The notes beneath the pieces were generated by a model. The model saw only the letters and a list, made by a program, of their open reading frames with translations, was not told where the DNA came from and ran no database searches. A DNA stretch of 64,000 nt from Octopus sinensis. Lineage: Eukaryota. Both the position numbers and the translations under genes were made by a program. Positions 25,302 to 38,772 of this stretch are shown here, in pieces (within the stretch, counting starts at the first letter, position 1; every line of letters starts with the position of its first letter). Location: contig NC_043002.1 in NCBI RefSeq assembly GCF_006345805.1, positions 16,368,001-16,432,000 on the forward strand, in the 5' to 3' direction.

Positions 25302-25553
25302 AAGATATTCAGCCTGCAGTAAAAGAACAAGAAAGTGAGTGCATAAAATTGCAGCATCCAAAAGATTTAAAACTAGACCTATTATAGCTGATCCATCATG
25401 CCCTACCCAGTGTCTATGAGATTTTATTGACATTGTGCTAGATTTATTTCACCCGCGTGTTTTGTTTTAATAAAAATGTATATTCATCAATTAGAATATT
25501 ATTGTAGATAGTAGATTGTCTTAATATTTTACATATGTAAAAGAGAACCAATT

Positions 25554-25961
25554 CTACTATATGGCCCAGAAACCTGGATGTTATCAAAGAAGCTTGAGAA
25601 GCGGTTGGATGGAACTTACACTCGCCTCCTCAAGAGAGCTCAAAATCTCTCGTGGAAGCATCATCCAACCAAAGTACAGATATATGGGAAACTACCACCT
25701 GTATCATATCTTGTGAAAGGTAGAAGAATCCAGTTTGATGGACATTGTTGTAGAGCTGAAAACGAGGTAGTTTCTACTCTTCTCTTCTGGAAGCCATCTA
25801 CTCGCGATACCAGAGGGTGCACACTCTCCTACCCTGATGTAATCTCCAGGGATACAGGCATCCAGCAACAGGACCTCCGTAATACTATGATGGACCGTGA
25901 AGTCTGGCGTAGCATAGTAAATTCCATTGTCTCTACCACGGTCGAACAATGATGATGATGA
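25554..25961 (+). mobile_element. RTE-clade LINE, 5'-truncated 3' end
   Basis: LLYGPETWMLSKKLEKRLDGTYTRLLKRAQNLSWKHH...DREVWRSIV is a typical RTE post-RT region. The stop codon runs into a (TGA)n tail. Confidence 0.85.
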
Positions 25962-27320
25962 TTTTACATATTTTACAAGCATTTTTCATATATATTTTAC
26001 TTATATTTCGTGAAGATTTTCTGTTTACATTCGTTGCAACGAAGGCCTTTCAGTCTAAACCCAGGCCAGGCTAGAATGAACAATTCTGTATTTTTATTGA
26101 AGATGTAGGACATACTTTAATGTGTTCTTAATTTTTAAATGTTAGAGCATAGTGTTAGGGAGATTTGGCTATTATTTCTAGCAAATTCAACAACCACTAC
26201 ATCATTGGCTCATTTGCTGATATGTATAAGTAAACAAAAACTAAATGTTAATCATTCCAATGTGTGATGAAATGAACTGGTTACACATTTAACTGGTACT
26301 TATTTTATCAATCCTCAAAGGATGAAAAGCTAAGTCAACCTAGATGGAATTTGAATTTGAAGACTGCCTTTCATCCTTTGGAGATTGATAAAATACGTAC
26401 CAGTTGAATGTGTAACCAGTTCAGTTGAACACACAACTGGAATGATCATCCTGGGATGATCGTCATTTGGTGTTTGTTTACTTATTCACATCAGCAAATG
26501 ATCCAATGGGGTAATGGTAGATCAATTTGCTAGAAATAGCAACCAAATCCCCCCCCCACACTATGCTCTACCATTTTTAAAATGAAGACCACATTAAAAA
26601 ATGTTCTACATCTTCAGTAAATATACAGAACGGCTCATTCTAAACTGACCTGGGTTTAAACTAAAAGCCATCCATTGCAACGAATGTAAACACAGAAAAA
26701 AAAAATTCACGAAATATATGTAAAATATATATGAAAAATATGTAAAATATGAAGACAATTTACGAAAAATGTCTACAATTGAATTCTTAATGATAAATAT
26801 GATTTTTTATTAAAACAAAACACGAGGGTGAAGTAAATCTAGCTCAACGTGCGAGTGAAGTGAAATAAAATACAAAGTGCGGTTGTCATGGTAATAAGCA
26901 GTTCCTGCCCCGTCTTCTCTTGACTGGTTGAAATTACCCACATTTTCCAAATAACATTAGATTCTTCAATTTACAAGAAAATGTAATTGCTTGAGTATAA
27001 TCAAAATTCAGAACCCAATTGATACATCAAAATTGAAAACAATCCGAACAAAATTAAATGGGGCTGACTAGATCCGAAGCCTATCGTGAGTGTCTATATA
27101 TATATATATATATGATAGAAATGGCAAGACAACAAAAGAATTAAAGAAACCTCGATATTATGTAAATAGACGAATTTATCTGTAAATACAATATGTGACA
27201 ATTATTCGGTAGCCATGATAAAACTCCGATTTCGGGATGTGTTTATGCCCACTTAACTAGCGGTTCGGCGGAAAGAATGAAAGAACCAATAGAATAAGTA
27301 CTAGACTTAGAAAGAATAAT

Positions 27321-27465
27321 GTACAAAACAAACAGATGTATTAGTATAACGCCCAGGAATAGAAAAAGTCTTTTTACGTTTTGAGCCTACGCTCTTCTAC
27401 AGAAAGAGACACAGAAAAAACAAGGAGAGAAAAATGTATATAGTGGCTAACGATCTATCATGGTG
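27321..27465 (-). mobile_element. Pseudo-LTR-like unit with hammerhead motif (subfamily 2)
   Basis: Motif 27370-27406 reads cttt-CTGTAGA-a-gagc-gtag-gctc-aAAAC-GTA (G12 mutated). Confidence 0.68.
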
Positions 27466-27538
<73 letters not shown>

Positions 27539-28424
27539 CAGTGAGTGTTCGTGGCGTGCGCCGTAATGGTGAAAGCGATATTAGCTATGGGAAAAAGGGA
27601 AGTAAAATTTGAAACCGGAAGAAAGAGCAAAACAATATGAAAAGAACTGTGAACACAACAGACGTAAGGAGGGAAAAAATGTATGAGTGGACGGGAACAA
27701 GTGCAGAAATAGTGCGATCTGAGAGGAAAAAATATCATCGGGTCGGCATGCGTTTGAATAGCAAAAGTATTCATAGCTACAGGGGTGCTGATTTGGAAGA
27801 ATGGTCAGTAATTCAAAGATTAGTTAGGAGTGGTAAGCAATTATAGTGAGAGAGGAAACGAAATGAAAAAATAAGGAAGAAGGAAAGGAAGAAATAGAGA
27901 AATGGAAATACGGTAAAATATCGAAAACTTATTAAAGAAGTAAGTTTAAATAGAATAAAAATATCAAATAAATATTGAAATTAAGGAAAATATTGAAAAA
28001 TATTTCATTTGCCACACTAATGGAAAATTGATAAAAATCTATAAAAATTCTAAAGCTTATACGAAATGTTAATTAAATGTAAAAACAAACAGCAAGAAAT
28101 AAAAGTTTGAATAAGCAGAAAAAAAAACTTGGCTATATTTCTTTATTATTTTATCCAAAATGAGGTTACCTAGCAGCATCGCTACCACGCCGAAAAAAAT
28201 GTGCTGCGATATTTCGTCCGTCTTTATATTCTGGTTTCATGGTAGACTTTACCCGTCATTGTTTTAGGGTCGATAAGATAATTAAACGTATTAGTTACGT
28301 ACTGGAATTGTTGAAATCTATTTCCCAACATCTCAAATTTGCTGCCCAAGAACCAAAAGGAAAAAAGGTTACTCTACCGAATTATGCTTTCAGTTTGCTC
28401 GTCAACCGTTACCATTTTTCTTCA

Positions 28425-28855
28425 GTACTCTTTTACTCTTACTTGTTTCAGTCATGTGACTGTAGCCATGCTGGAGCACCGCATTTAGTCGAGAAAATCG
28501 ACCCCAGGACTTATTCTTTGTAAGCCTAGTACTTATTCTATCGATGTCTTTTGCCGAACCGCTAAGTTACGGGGACGTAAACACACCAGCATCGGTTGCC
28601 AAGTGATGTTTGGGGGGGGGGAAACACATACACACAAACGTACACACACACACACACATACACACACATATATATATATATAAACATATATGCGAAGGGC
28701 TTCTTTCAGTTTCTGTCTACCAAATCCACTCACAAGGCTTTGGTCGGCGCGGGGCTAAAGTAGAAGACACTTGCCCAAGGTGCCATGCAGTGGGACTGAA
28801 CCCGGAATCATGTGATTCGTAAGCAAGCTACTTACCACACAGCCACTCCTACGCC
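28425..28855 (-). mobile_element. SINE family B, full length
   Basis: Head, CORE-like segment, internal microsatellite and (TAAAAGAG)n tail are all present. Confidence 0.9.
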
Positions 28856-29236
28856 TATATAATTATTCTGATACTTTTACATTCTTTACTAGTCTCACAT
28901 TTCACAGTCACCTCATAAAGATATCAACTCGCATATCTCGTAATTTTCTGGCCGAACTCACGATCCTTAATACAATATAGAAATATATATAAATGTGTGT
29001 GTATGTGTGTGTGTGTACGTGTGTGTGTGTACGTGTGTGTGTGTGTGTGTGTGTGTGTAACGATATAATCGACTGAGGAGGGAATCAGCTGCGGATATAC
29101 CGTGTAGCATGTTTTTGTTTAGTTCGTTAAGTTTTCGTGTTTTCGTCTAGTTTGCCGCTTGCTCTGCTTTCGTCTAATTCTTCCTCCTTGTTATGTTCTT
29201 TATACTCAAGCCTAGACCTCTCACCCTCTTTCTCTT

Positions 29237-29269
<33 letters not shown>

Positions 29270-29290
29270 GTATATATATATATATATATA

Positions 29291-29432
29291 CATTTTTCTG
29301 TGTCCCTTTCTGTAGAAGAGCGTTGGCTCGAAACGTAAAAGACATTTTTCTATTCTTGAGCGTTATACTAATACATCTGTTTGTTTTGCACACCACCTGT
29401 CTTCGCCTTTTGTTTGTTTTTCGTAAACTCTC
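29291..29432 (+). mobile_element. Pseudo-LTR-like unit with hammerhead motif (subfamily 2)
   Basis: Motif 29306-29341 reads cttt-CTGTAGA-a-gagc-gttg-gctc-GAAAC-GTA-aaag. Confidence 0.7.
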
Positions 29433-30599
29433 TCTATATATACATTTACCGGATTGGAATTATGGAATTTCAAAATATTTTCATTTTTATATTATCAGAA
29501 ACAATCAAATAACCACCACGAATAATCAAAGAAAGACAATATAAATGAAGCATGCGGCTAATCAGAACGTAGGAAATATAATTTGTATGAATTACAATAT
29601 AAAGAACGTTAAAATGCGTTTGGGATACACATATGTGTACGTGCACTCACTTTTCCACATATTCGTTGCATATATAGAATATATCATTTACCTATGTATG
29701 TATAGGGACATGTTCACGTTGGAGTGTATGTATATGTATGTTATTCCCATTTTTCTAATTATCTACATAGTTTTTCTTTCCTATACTACATAAACACGCT
29801 AAGCCTTTAAATATTCATGACTTGTCTAGAACCACTCCTTATCTTTTAGCCTGCCATCCTCGTTCCTCGACTCACCTTTCTATTTATTTATTTACCTGGT
29901 CAATCTCTCTGGGTCAGTCTATTGCCGCAGTATAATTATTTTCGAAACAATAGTATGTATTCTGCGAAGGCCTAAATTTTAAAAAAAATAGCAGTTGTGA
30001 AAAACATTAGATATATCTGAAAGTAAGTAGGTTGTAACAAGATAAAAGTACTTCATACACGAACAGTCCTACTTTACCTCTGAGTTTTGTAGTTATTAAT
30101 AATTTCAATTTCAACTGGTCAGACGTTTAATATGAAGTCATACACTTCAACGAATTCAAATATTTTCTCTGCTTAGTAACAAGACAATAATTAGATATGT
30201 TCACTTCCTTTAGTGTACGCAAATTTGATGTTAGAATATTTTCATACTCACAAGACTGGTTAGTTCTAACAAAGAGTTTCATTAAATCACAGATAAATAA
30301 AAATATATTCCTTCCTACTATAGGCACAAAAACTGAAATTTTAGGTGAGAGGGAGCAACTGGAATATCTCGACCTCAGTAGTTCTGAACTAGGGATCATT
30401 TTATCGACCCCGAAAAGCTAATTCAAAACGGCCTCTGTTGAACGAACAGATGAACCAAATGCCGTTAAGCATTTTGTCTGGCCTGGGGTAAGTAAAAAAC
30501 AGTACCATGTAAATGGCAATTACATCCACTCAAGGACGTTTAAACATGTATTTATATATATATTATTTTGCTATGCACATCAACACTATATATAAGCAT

Positions 30600-31000
30600 A
30601 TATAAACATCATTCAGCAGTTCTCATACAAAACCGAAACTTACGAGCAGATGAGTCCTGCCTATGTATCGAAGTCGGATGTAGAGGCTTTTTTGGACACA
30701 GTGTAAGACGACTGTTGTTATCGTTAGGCCTAACTCATCGTAAATCAATACCACCATGACCGATATCCAAACTACAGTGGAAAAGTCTAGCCACTTGATT
30801 TGGTTAAAAAGAGGCGATGAGCGATGGCTAGAAGAATATTAAGCTTTATTTGATAACCAGCTTATCTTGCAAGCGGGGCCTCATATCAGTGGGGGGGGGC
30901 GGTGCGCATTGATGCCATCGAGAGGTAGGCCTAGAAACGGTGCGCATTCTCCCATGATGACCCCATACACTTGCTGCTTTCCGGTATGCAGAGTTTTTGA
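30600..31000 (+). mobile_element. Hero/NeSL-type (RLE) non-LTR retrotransposon, 3' fragment
   Basis: CLCIEVGCRGFFGHSVRRLLLSLGL, then after a frameshift TTVEKSSHLIWLKRGDERW, matches the Hero-like EVGCRGF...AEKASRWLWLKR C-terminus. A GC-richer 3' UTR follows. Confidence 0.68.
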
Positions 31001-32279
31001 GTGGTAGCACTTGCATGTACAAGTTGTTTGCAAGACATCTATTACTTCTAAGTACCATAACAGGTACATCACATGGATTTTAATGAGCAATGATATACAA
31101 GTATATGGCATTTAAAATTTTCGAATGACCTCTATTACGTTACACTGTTTTATAGTAATCATTATTTTATATATACTGCATTCCCAATAGTTTTATATGC
31201 AGATATTCTAAAGATTTATCGTCATTTCCTACGTTGACCCTTGTTGTTTTGCATCGATAACTAAGTAAAGTAAATTTTTATTTTCAATACATCCATTCTC
31301 ATTTCATCGTCAAAACTATTGAATTCCCTCTCGTATCCCCATCCATTTTCTCTGTATTTCCTAACTTTGTACTATTCTAATTTCCACCATGAATATGAAC
31401 AGTGTTTTTGTTATGTATCAGTAAATTTTGATTTAATAAATCGACTAATTATTTCTCCTTATAAAAGTTACGCACGTATTTCGACTTCATTTTTAATTGC
31501 TTTTTCTGATTTCTTTGCATTCCAGCGCTCATATATAACCCCTACCATCTCACAGCAGTTTTAATATCAACATTTCTTGTTTTTATATCCGTATCAGGAA
31601 CAATAAAGGGGAAGTATCTGTACAAATGTGAATCAATTAAACATAATTTCGTACATAAAATACAATACAAATTTCATGATTTTCAGATAATATTTTTATG
31701 TGCCTAAATTAAACACAGATAGTTGGCTCATGTGCTGATATATGTAGATATTGAATAATAACCAGTTATCAGCGCTATCTGTTTTAACAAAAATAATAAT
31801 GGTTATTATTTTCCTCTCGCGTCATATGGCGTCAACGTCCACAAACTTGTATATTTCGTGAATTTTGATGAGTTTCCTCCGTTAATGTTCCTTGAAAACT
31901 GAAAAGAAAGAATAAAATATACCGTTTATAATCTATCAATAAATATTTTCCTCAAAGTAAGTTGCCGGATCATAATATGCCCCGGAATTCTGGAATATAT
32001 TTTGAAGAGAGTAGATTTTGATGTAGCAGGTTGAAAGACAATTTCATTTAACATGATGCCAAAATTTTACTCGTTCTAACAATCCAGACATCTGAGCTAA
32101 TAATGATGATAATAGCCAACAAGAGAGCATTTCTATGGATCTTTATAGAAACAGTTAACAAACCTACGTCAAATAGCACAAAACTGGTCGGGACATGAAC
32201 TATAAGTTAGATAATATTACTGTGTAGATATTCTTCTAGACAAACAAGTCAAGACTGACATGATTCTATCATAATTCAG

Positions 32280-32315
<36 letters not shown>

Positions 32316-32690
32316 GTACATGTGTACATTCTCCTACATAGACGCATGTATATTCAGTCAGTTGATGGGCTCCCCTACCTCAAATGTTCTTAAAATTTAA
32401 ATCCAAATCTTTGTCTATGTATCTACCTTCTCTAAAATGTTGCCACTTGATATGAAAATGTTTGTATTAATGGAAAACCTCTATAATTGGCTGATGAGTG
32501 CTCATCATTTTAAAACTGTTGTAATATTTAAAACATTTAATAAAATGATGTAGTACGAAACGATCGTACCAAATTACCGGAGTCATTCGTGTTGCTTATT
32601 TTGATTATAATCACCTCACGGATTTATATGGATAACACCATACAGAATTCTGGTGTATCTAAATTAAGTACCATATTCATTTGAATCTAA

Positions 32691-32726
<36 letters not shown>

Positions 32727-32894
32727 CAATTATTCTCGCCTCTCTTTATCTCAAGTTATGTATAAGTACTTAGGCATATGCGTGTCTATGTGTTTGCGTG
32801 TGTGTTTATGTACAAACACACATACACACAAATAAACACGCACACACTCATATATACAAATATATACATATATGTATATATATATATATACATG

Positions 32895-32964
<70 letters not shown>

Positions 32965-33053
32965 AATATATATGGATATATATACATATATAAAGAACGT
33001 AAATATGCCTGACACTCTCCCTGTCTCTCTTGTTTTCTCTCTCTCTCTCTATC

Positions 33054-33142
<89 letters not shown>

Positions 33143-33145
<3 letters not shown>

Positions 33146-33300
33146 ACGGGTTTCAATGAGTTTCCTTCAACGAGATCCACTCACCATCTCCGGTTGGCTT
33201 CAGGCCTTAGGATATAGTAGCAGGCACTCGCCCAAGGTACCGTGGCACAGAACACGGAACCATGCCATTTGGAAACAATCATGTTTCCAGACATCCACGT
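33143..33300 (-). mobile_element. Diverged SINE family B-like 5' half
   Basis: Contains gcactcgcccaaggtaccgtg...ggaaccatg, as in family B heads. Confidence 0.55.
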
Positions 33301-33327
33301 CTGCACATACACACACACACACACACA

Positions 33328-33407
<80 letters not shown>

Positions 33408-34190
33408 CTAATGTGCCGCCCACATTTTATAGTCAATTTCTCTCGCTCACACACTCACATACTCACACAAAAATCTACCTCAAGATATATAGAGCGAGTG
33501 TGAGTGAGAAACGTGGAAATTATGCTAGAGACATTTAGATATAACTGTGTTTCTGTGTGTGTGCGTGTGCATGTGAGCGTGGGGCTTTTCTCCTTAACGT
33601 TCATTTACCTGTATATTACATTTATATATATCTCCTTTTACATCACCTTGTTAACATTCACCTCTAAGTTTTGTGTCATATTACATTTCTTTGCTTTAAA
33701 GATCTACACATTTCCATTTCTCTTCCCCTTGCCATATCTCCCTTCACATGCCTCTTCCCCTTCTCTCTCGTCGCTAATTCTCAGTGCATTTCCTATTTCG
33801 AGTGTTGTCCAGTTCTTTTTCATGTTGTATATTGTTTTACAATCTATTATTTCTATTGTTTCAAAGTCCTTTGCTCACTTTCACTCGATTGATATTGAAT
33901 CTTTTCTTCTTTCAATTCTCGCCCTGCCACAGTGTACTATCACCTTCCTCTCTCTCATAGATCATGTTCGTATTCGTTTAACCCACGCAGCGACGAGATG
34001 TTCTTTTTGCGTATATTTTGTGCTTTTTTTTCAAGTCGCAAATCCTTCTGCCTACTTCAACAGGCCACTTATACCGTATCCCAGATTTATTACCAATGTC
34101 AAAAAGCCACGTATGCTAATATCGCTGTGTTCACTCTCTTTCGTACAAGCGTTTTGTCGCAAGAATGTTTCTTCTCCGCACTCTCTCTCC

Positions 34191-34226
<36 letters not shown>

Positions 34227-34240
34227 GGATATACATACAT

Positions 34241-34271
<31 letters not shown>

Positions 34272-34319
34272 GATATATAGATACATAGTTGGATAGATAG
34301 ATAAATAGATAGATATTAA

Positions 34320-34352
<33 letters not shown>

Positions 34353-35229
34353 CATACATACATATTACATATCACATACATACATACACACATATATACA
34401 TGTACAGACAGACAGTTATGCACCCATGCATGCTTACATATTTATACACTCATAGATAGATAAATATATTCATACACGCACATTCACGCGAACGCGTATA
34501 TTTCGCAAACCTTGTTTGAAATTGATCATTCCGGTCAAATGGCATTTTATATCTTTTGTTGGTATTGGTTTCAATATGTCATTTGAAACTCAGTTCACTC
34601 ATCTTTCATCGATTTTATAGCACTTTCTTCCATAACGTGGTAGCTGAATTACGTTGCGGGCTCCACTAAAGATTCAAGACTTATATACTTAAAGTTATCC
34701 TTTTTCAAAAGCTAAATAATGATATTTGGCATCCAAAGTTTCTTTGTTTTCACCACTGACGAATTTGAAAGGGATCTTCTGTTTATGGATATTAATCTCG
34801 TTCAACAAGGTGCATATTTTCTTTATCTTTCTATTTTTTGACTGTTGTGATTTTTGTTCGCTATAAAATGCAAAACAAATCAGTTTATGAAATTTTATAT
34901 ATTTGGTAATTCCTTTAGATATTTCTTGTGTATTGTTATGTCATGTCTCGCGATTTAGATGTTTGCTCTATTCTTTGCTGACTGAAGATGTTATTGTATT
35001 TCCTAAACTTGATATTCACCCGAGAATCCTGTAAGATTATTTTCGAATGATTGTAGATAATATTCAGAATATTTCTGAGATAGAGATTTGAAATAGATAA
35101 TGCTTTATTCTAAATTGCTTGGTAGATACTCCCATAAATATAGAAGTTGTTACAACCTCTCGCGTAAAAGTGCAAATAGTAAAGACCATATACGCTTTCA
35201 GCCATTAATGATTATGTGATTGCACCTCG

Positions 35230-35480
35230 AAATCCAGGCAAACTTATTTATGTAAGACCAGCAGTCATCCATGCAACCCAGTATCCCTTCTCCATGACGC
35301 CGATGTTATCAGAGGGTAAACATAAAGGCCTATACTGCTTGGTACATATGACGTTGCAACTCATTTCTAGAGCTGAGTGGATTGGATTAATATGAAATAA
35401 AGTGACTTGCTCAAGAACACAGCACATCGCACTCACTAACTCATGATTACAAAGCTCACGCTCTAAATGCTGAGCCATGT
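35230..35480 (-). mobile_element. Old CORE-type SINE related to family C
   Basis: gtgacttgctcaagaacacagcaca...ctaaatgctgagccatg resembles the family C head and CORE segment. Confidence 0.5.
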
Positions 35481-36253
35481 ACCTCTACTTTCTCTCACGT
35501 GAGTGTTAGTTTTATCGCGGGAAGTTATTCGATGATAATTTCTGAAAGACGATTACGAATATAATTTTATTTTATCTAATCTCAATTTGTTTTAATACAT
35601 AATTATTGCTGCGCAAATTAAGACACTAATTTTCACGAAATGTAACTTATTGAAGTATACATTCTCCAGCATTTTCGGAATGGTACGTATAAATTGTTGT
35701 ATTTGTAAAAATATGCAAAAGGTTATATCTAGAAGGCACCTGTACAGATTTTGAATATTTATTTTAATATCTAGGGGTTATATGGTTGTAGTCCGGAAAC
35801 ATTCTTTCAGGTATCACTTTCGGTTCTGATTTTAAATGAAGACAACGTCAGCTTTGTTTGGCATCACTCCAGAGTTGATAAGAAGAGCTGGCGGTCATTT
35901 ATTTGACGCATTTCTATCGGGCAATTCCCTACAAATTTTCGGGTTTTTGGCTTACGTTAATGGAAATATCATCACCATCATCATCACGACGACGACCTCT
36001 ACAACCACCACCACTTCAGTAGCTGCATCAACTAATAAGAAATGTTACCATCAAATGTATTTAAATTGTACAATCAATTTAATGCTAGTTTAGTACATCC
36101 AAATTCTCATCGCTACTCACACAATAGGGATGTCTACATACGTATATTCATTCATACACAAGGCGTATGAATGAATATATGAATAAGTGCTTGCATTTCT
36201 GGGTATATATGTGAATTCACATATGTATACAGGTATGTGTCTTGCGTGTGTGC

Positions 36254-36308
<55 letters not shown>

Positions 36309-38129
36309 CGTGCATGTGTGTGTGTTTGTGTGTGTTGTCATATGTCCCAGTGGCGATATTGTCCGAACCCTCGTCGCCACTGATATATCCCGTGATGACG
36401 ACGTACGTCGCCGTCTCTACGGGACTGGTCCGAACGGCGTACCTTCACCGACCGTGTTTCTTTTCTTTTATTTGGCCACATGGGCCCAACGAAGAGGTGA
36501 CAGACAATGACAGACAATAATAAAAAGTGGTGAGTTCTTATCGGATAGTTTACAATGGTGTGGATTTAAAAAAATTAAACATGATTAAAAAGATTTTGTG
36601 TGATGTCAAGACATCCAGACGAAGCCCGACAAAGTACAGTTTGTTTTCCGCTGGCACCACCTACTCGATCCAGTCACGTGCAGCATACTTTCTACAACAG
36701 ATTTCCATCTTTTTCTGTACATACTGTGTGACAGATGTCTCTTCTCGAATCTGAACTTGCTCTTCAGGTGGAAGCTAAAAAAGCTAGCAAACCCTTGGCC
36801 GGTGACGAAGATACCTGTCGTAATCCCTCTTGCACGCGTCTTCTACACTCTCTTTCAGTGTGGCTACTACGTAGAAAAAAAACATGCCTACCTCTCCCTG
36901 TTAAAGGCGTAAGGTGACACAATTTTATAATAGATTCAGCTGATAGTTGTACTCTTCCAATTGTCGACAACAGTTGCCCAGTAAAGGTTATCCCGTCACT
37001 TCCGTACACTGTACGAAGGCGTGCAGGACAGTTTCACTGCACTGCCTTGCCCACACCTCGGTCATATCGGTGGGACGGCATGAACCTGCCTCCATAATCT
37101 CTCTCGAACAGGTAAAGCTGATCGATAACATAACTAGGCCATAGATTTCTGGTAATTATCCAGATAGCCCGGTCCAACGGTTCTTCTAAACAGGTTGGTC
37201 AACTGACTTCCATCGACGGCAAGAGTCTTTTCATGGACATCGTCTCCCATAAATTCAACCAGCCCGCTATAGATATCCGCTGTGTAACTCCTGCTGCCGG
37301 TTTTGCACACCCGACACAGCAGCTTGTGTGTCTGTCGACACTCTCACTGCCACTCACCTTGCCTAGGTCTACGCTTGATCCATGTACTAATATTCGGTAG
37401 GGATGTCAATGGAGGGAAGAAAAACTCCACGTTCGGTGACCACACCTGCTCACTATTCAGGTAGAGAAAGATGTGCCTAAGCCTTAGCGCGAACTTGCGC
37501 ATCATCAGCTACAACACCCCTAGCCCACTTTTTAATAAGTTTTGGCAGCAGACAGAGCGCCTTACAAATAGTCCTCTTCCCTTCCACAAAAAGTAGAATA
37601 GGTGTCATTCCAGCTTCTTCACCATCAAATTGGGGCAAGGCACGACACTCAGGCGGTAGGTGATTACGGATGCTATAAACATCAGTGTCACTTCCGCCCT
37701 TCCTAGCAGGGATAACGCCCTTCCAGACCAGGTCTGAGTTAGAGCAGACACTCTGCCTGTAACGTCGCTCCAGTTCTTCTCTACCTGGAGGTCAGGACTG
37801 AACCAGACCCCTAGCATCTTAGTCGGACCTTCCGTCCAACGTCCTACGATGTTATTGGGTGGCATCGACTTGCCCTTCCAGGAGCCGAGCTGCAAGTCAA
37901 CTGACTAGCCTAGCCGCCTCGAGATTTTCGTAGCTGCCGCGAATCCTTTTGTTATGTTTGATACTTCCATCTCTTCGTGTGGTGCAACTTCGCTCTCAAA
38001 GAGTGGCATTTTTTCCTTGATGGTTTCTACCGACATAACAGAAAAGAAACAGCAATTTTCTCTTTCAGAGAGAACAAAGTTTTTTTTTATTTTATGTAGG
38101 TAATACTTCAAAATAGTTTCAAATCTTCT

Positions 38130-38470
38130 CCCGTCGGGGGAGGAACACAATTTTAAATTAAAACAGTTCACAAATGTCTAATTCGATGAAAATAAAATTT
38201 TGGAAAATAAAGTTTTCCTCGTTGGAGAGACACAAAAGTAAACAGTACAAATCCTCACCCCGTCGGGGGAGGAATGCAGTTTAATGAAAACAGTTCACAA
38301 ATGTGTAATTCTAAAGATAAATTTTCTCTCGTAAGAGAATCACAACAATAAACAGTTCAAGTCCCGTCTGGGGAAGGAACACAGTTCAATAAAAATTGTC
38401 CAAAACAGACCATAGTTCACGACTATAGTAAATATTACAATTTCCCCTCCTCCTTAGGGAGAAGGAACGC
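38130..38470 (-). repeat. Degenerate tandem monomers (~85-130 bp) in the putative Tx1 5' UTR
   Basis: cccgtcgggggaggaa recurs at 38130 and 38259, with variants at 38363 and ~38449, together with repeated aacagttcacaaatgt blocks. Confidence 0.75.
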
Positions 38471-38541
38471 AACTTCAAACACAGCACCTGCCAAGCAGGC
38501 TATTGTCTAACAAAATAATCAATTCAAACAACAACAATAAC

Positions 38542-38772
38542 TATTTCTTTACTACCCACAAGGGGTAAACACAGAGAGGACAAACAAGGACAGAAAAACG
38601 GATTAAGTCGATTATATCGACCACAGGGCGCAAATGCTACTTATTTAATCGACCCCGAAACGATGAAAGGCAAAGTCAAACTCTGCGGAATTTGAACTGA
38701 GAACGTAACGGCAGAAGAAATACGGCTACGCATTTCGCCCGGCGTGCTAACGTTTCTGCCAGCTCGCCGCCT
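38542..38772 (-). mobile_element. SINE family A (tail type 1) with degenerate 19-bp TSD
   Basis: ttcaaacaacaacaataac (38523-38541) versus ttcaaaaatcaacaatacc (38773-38791), 16/19 identical. Confidence 0.87.

Noticed and set aside
26881-26894. RFX X-box-like gttgtcatggtaat
   Set aside because: Imperfect match with no associated gene or TSS evidence.
33504-34280. 258-aa hydrophobic ORF
   Set aside because: Low-complexity pyrimidine-rich sequence with microsatellites and no domain motif.
38130-38470. Regularly spaced GC-rich repeats superficially like a CRISPR array
   Set aside because: Spacing is irregular, the spacers are homologous to each other, and the context is eukaryotic with no cas genes. 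It is a tandem monomer array.
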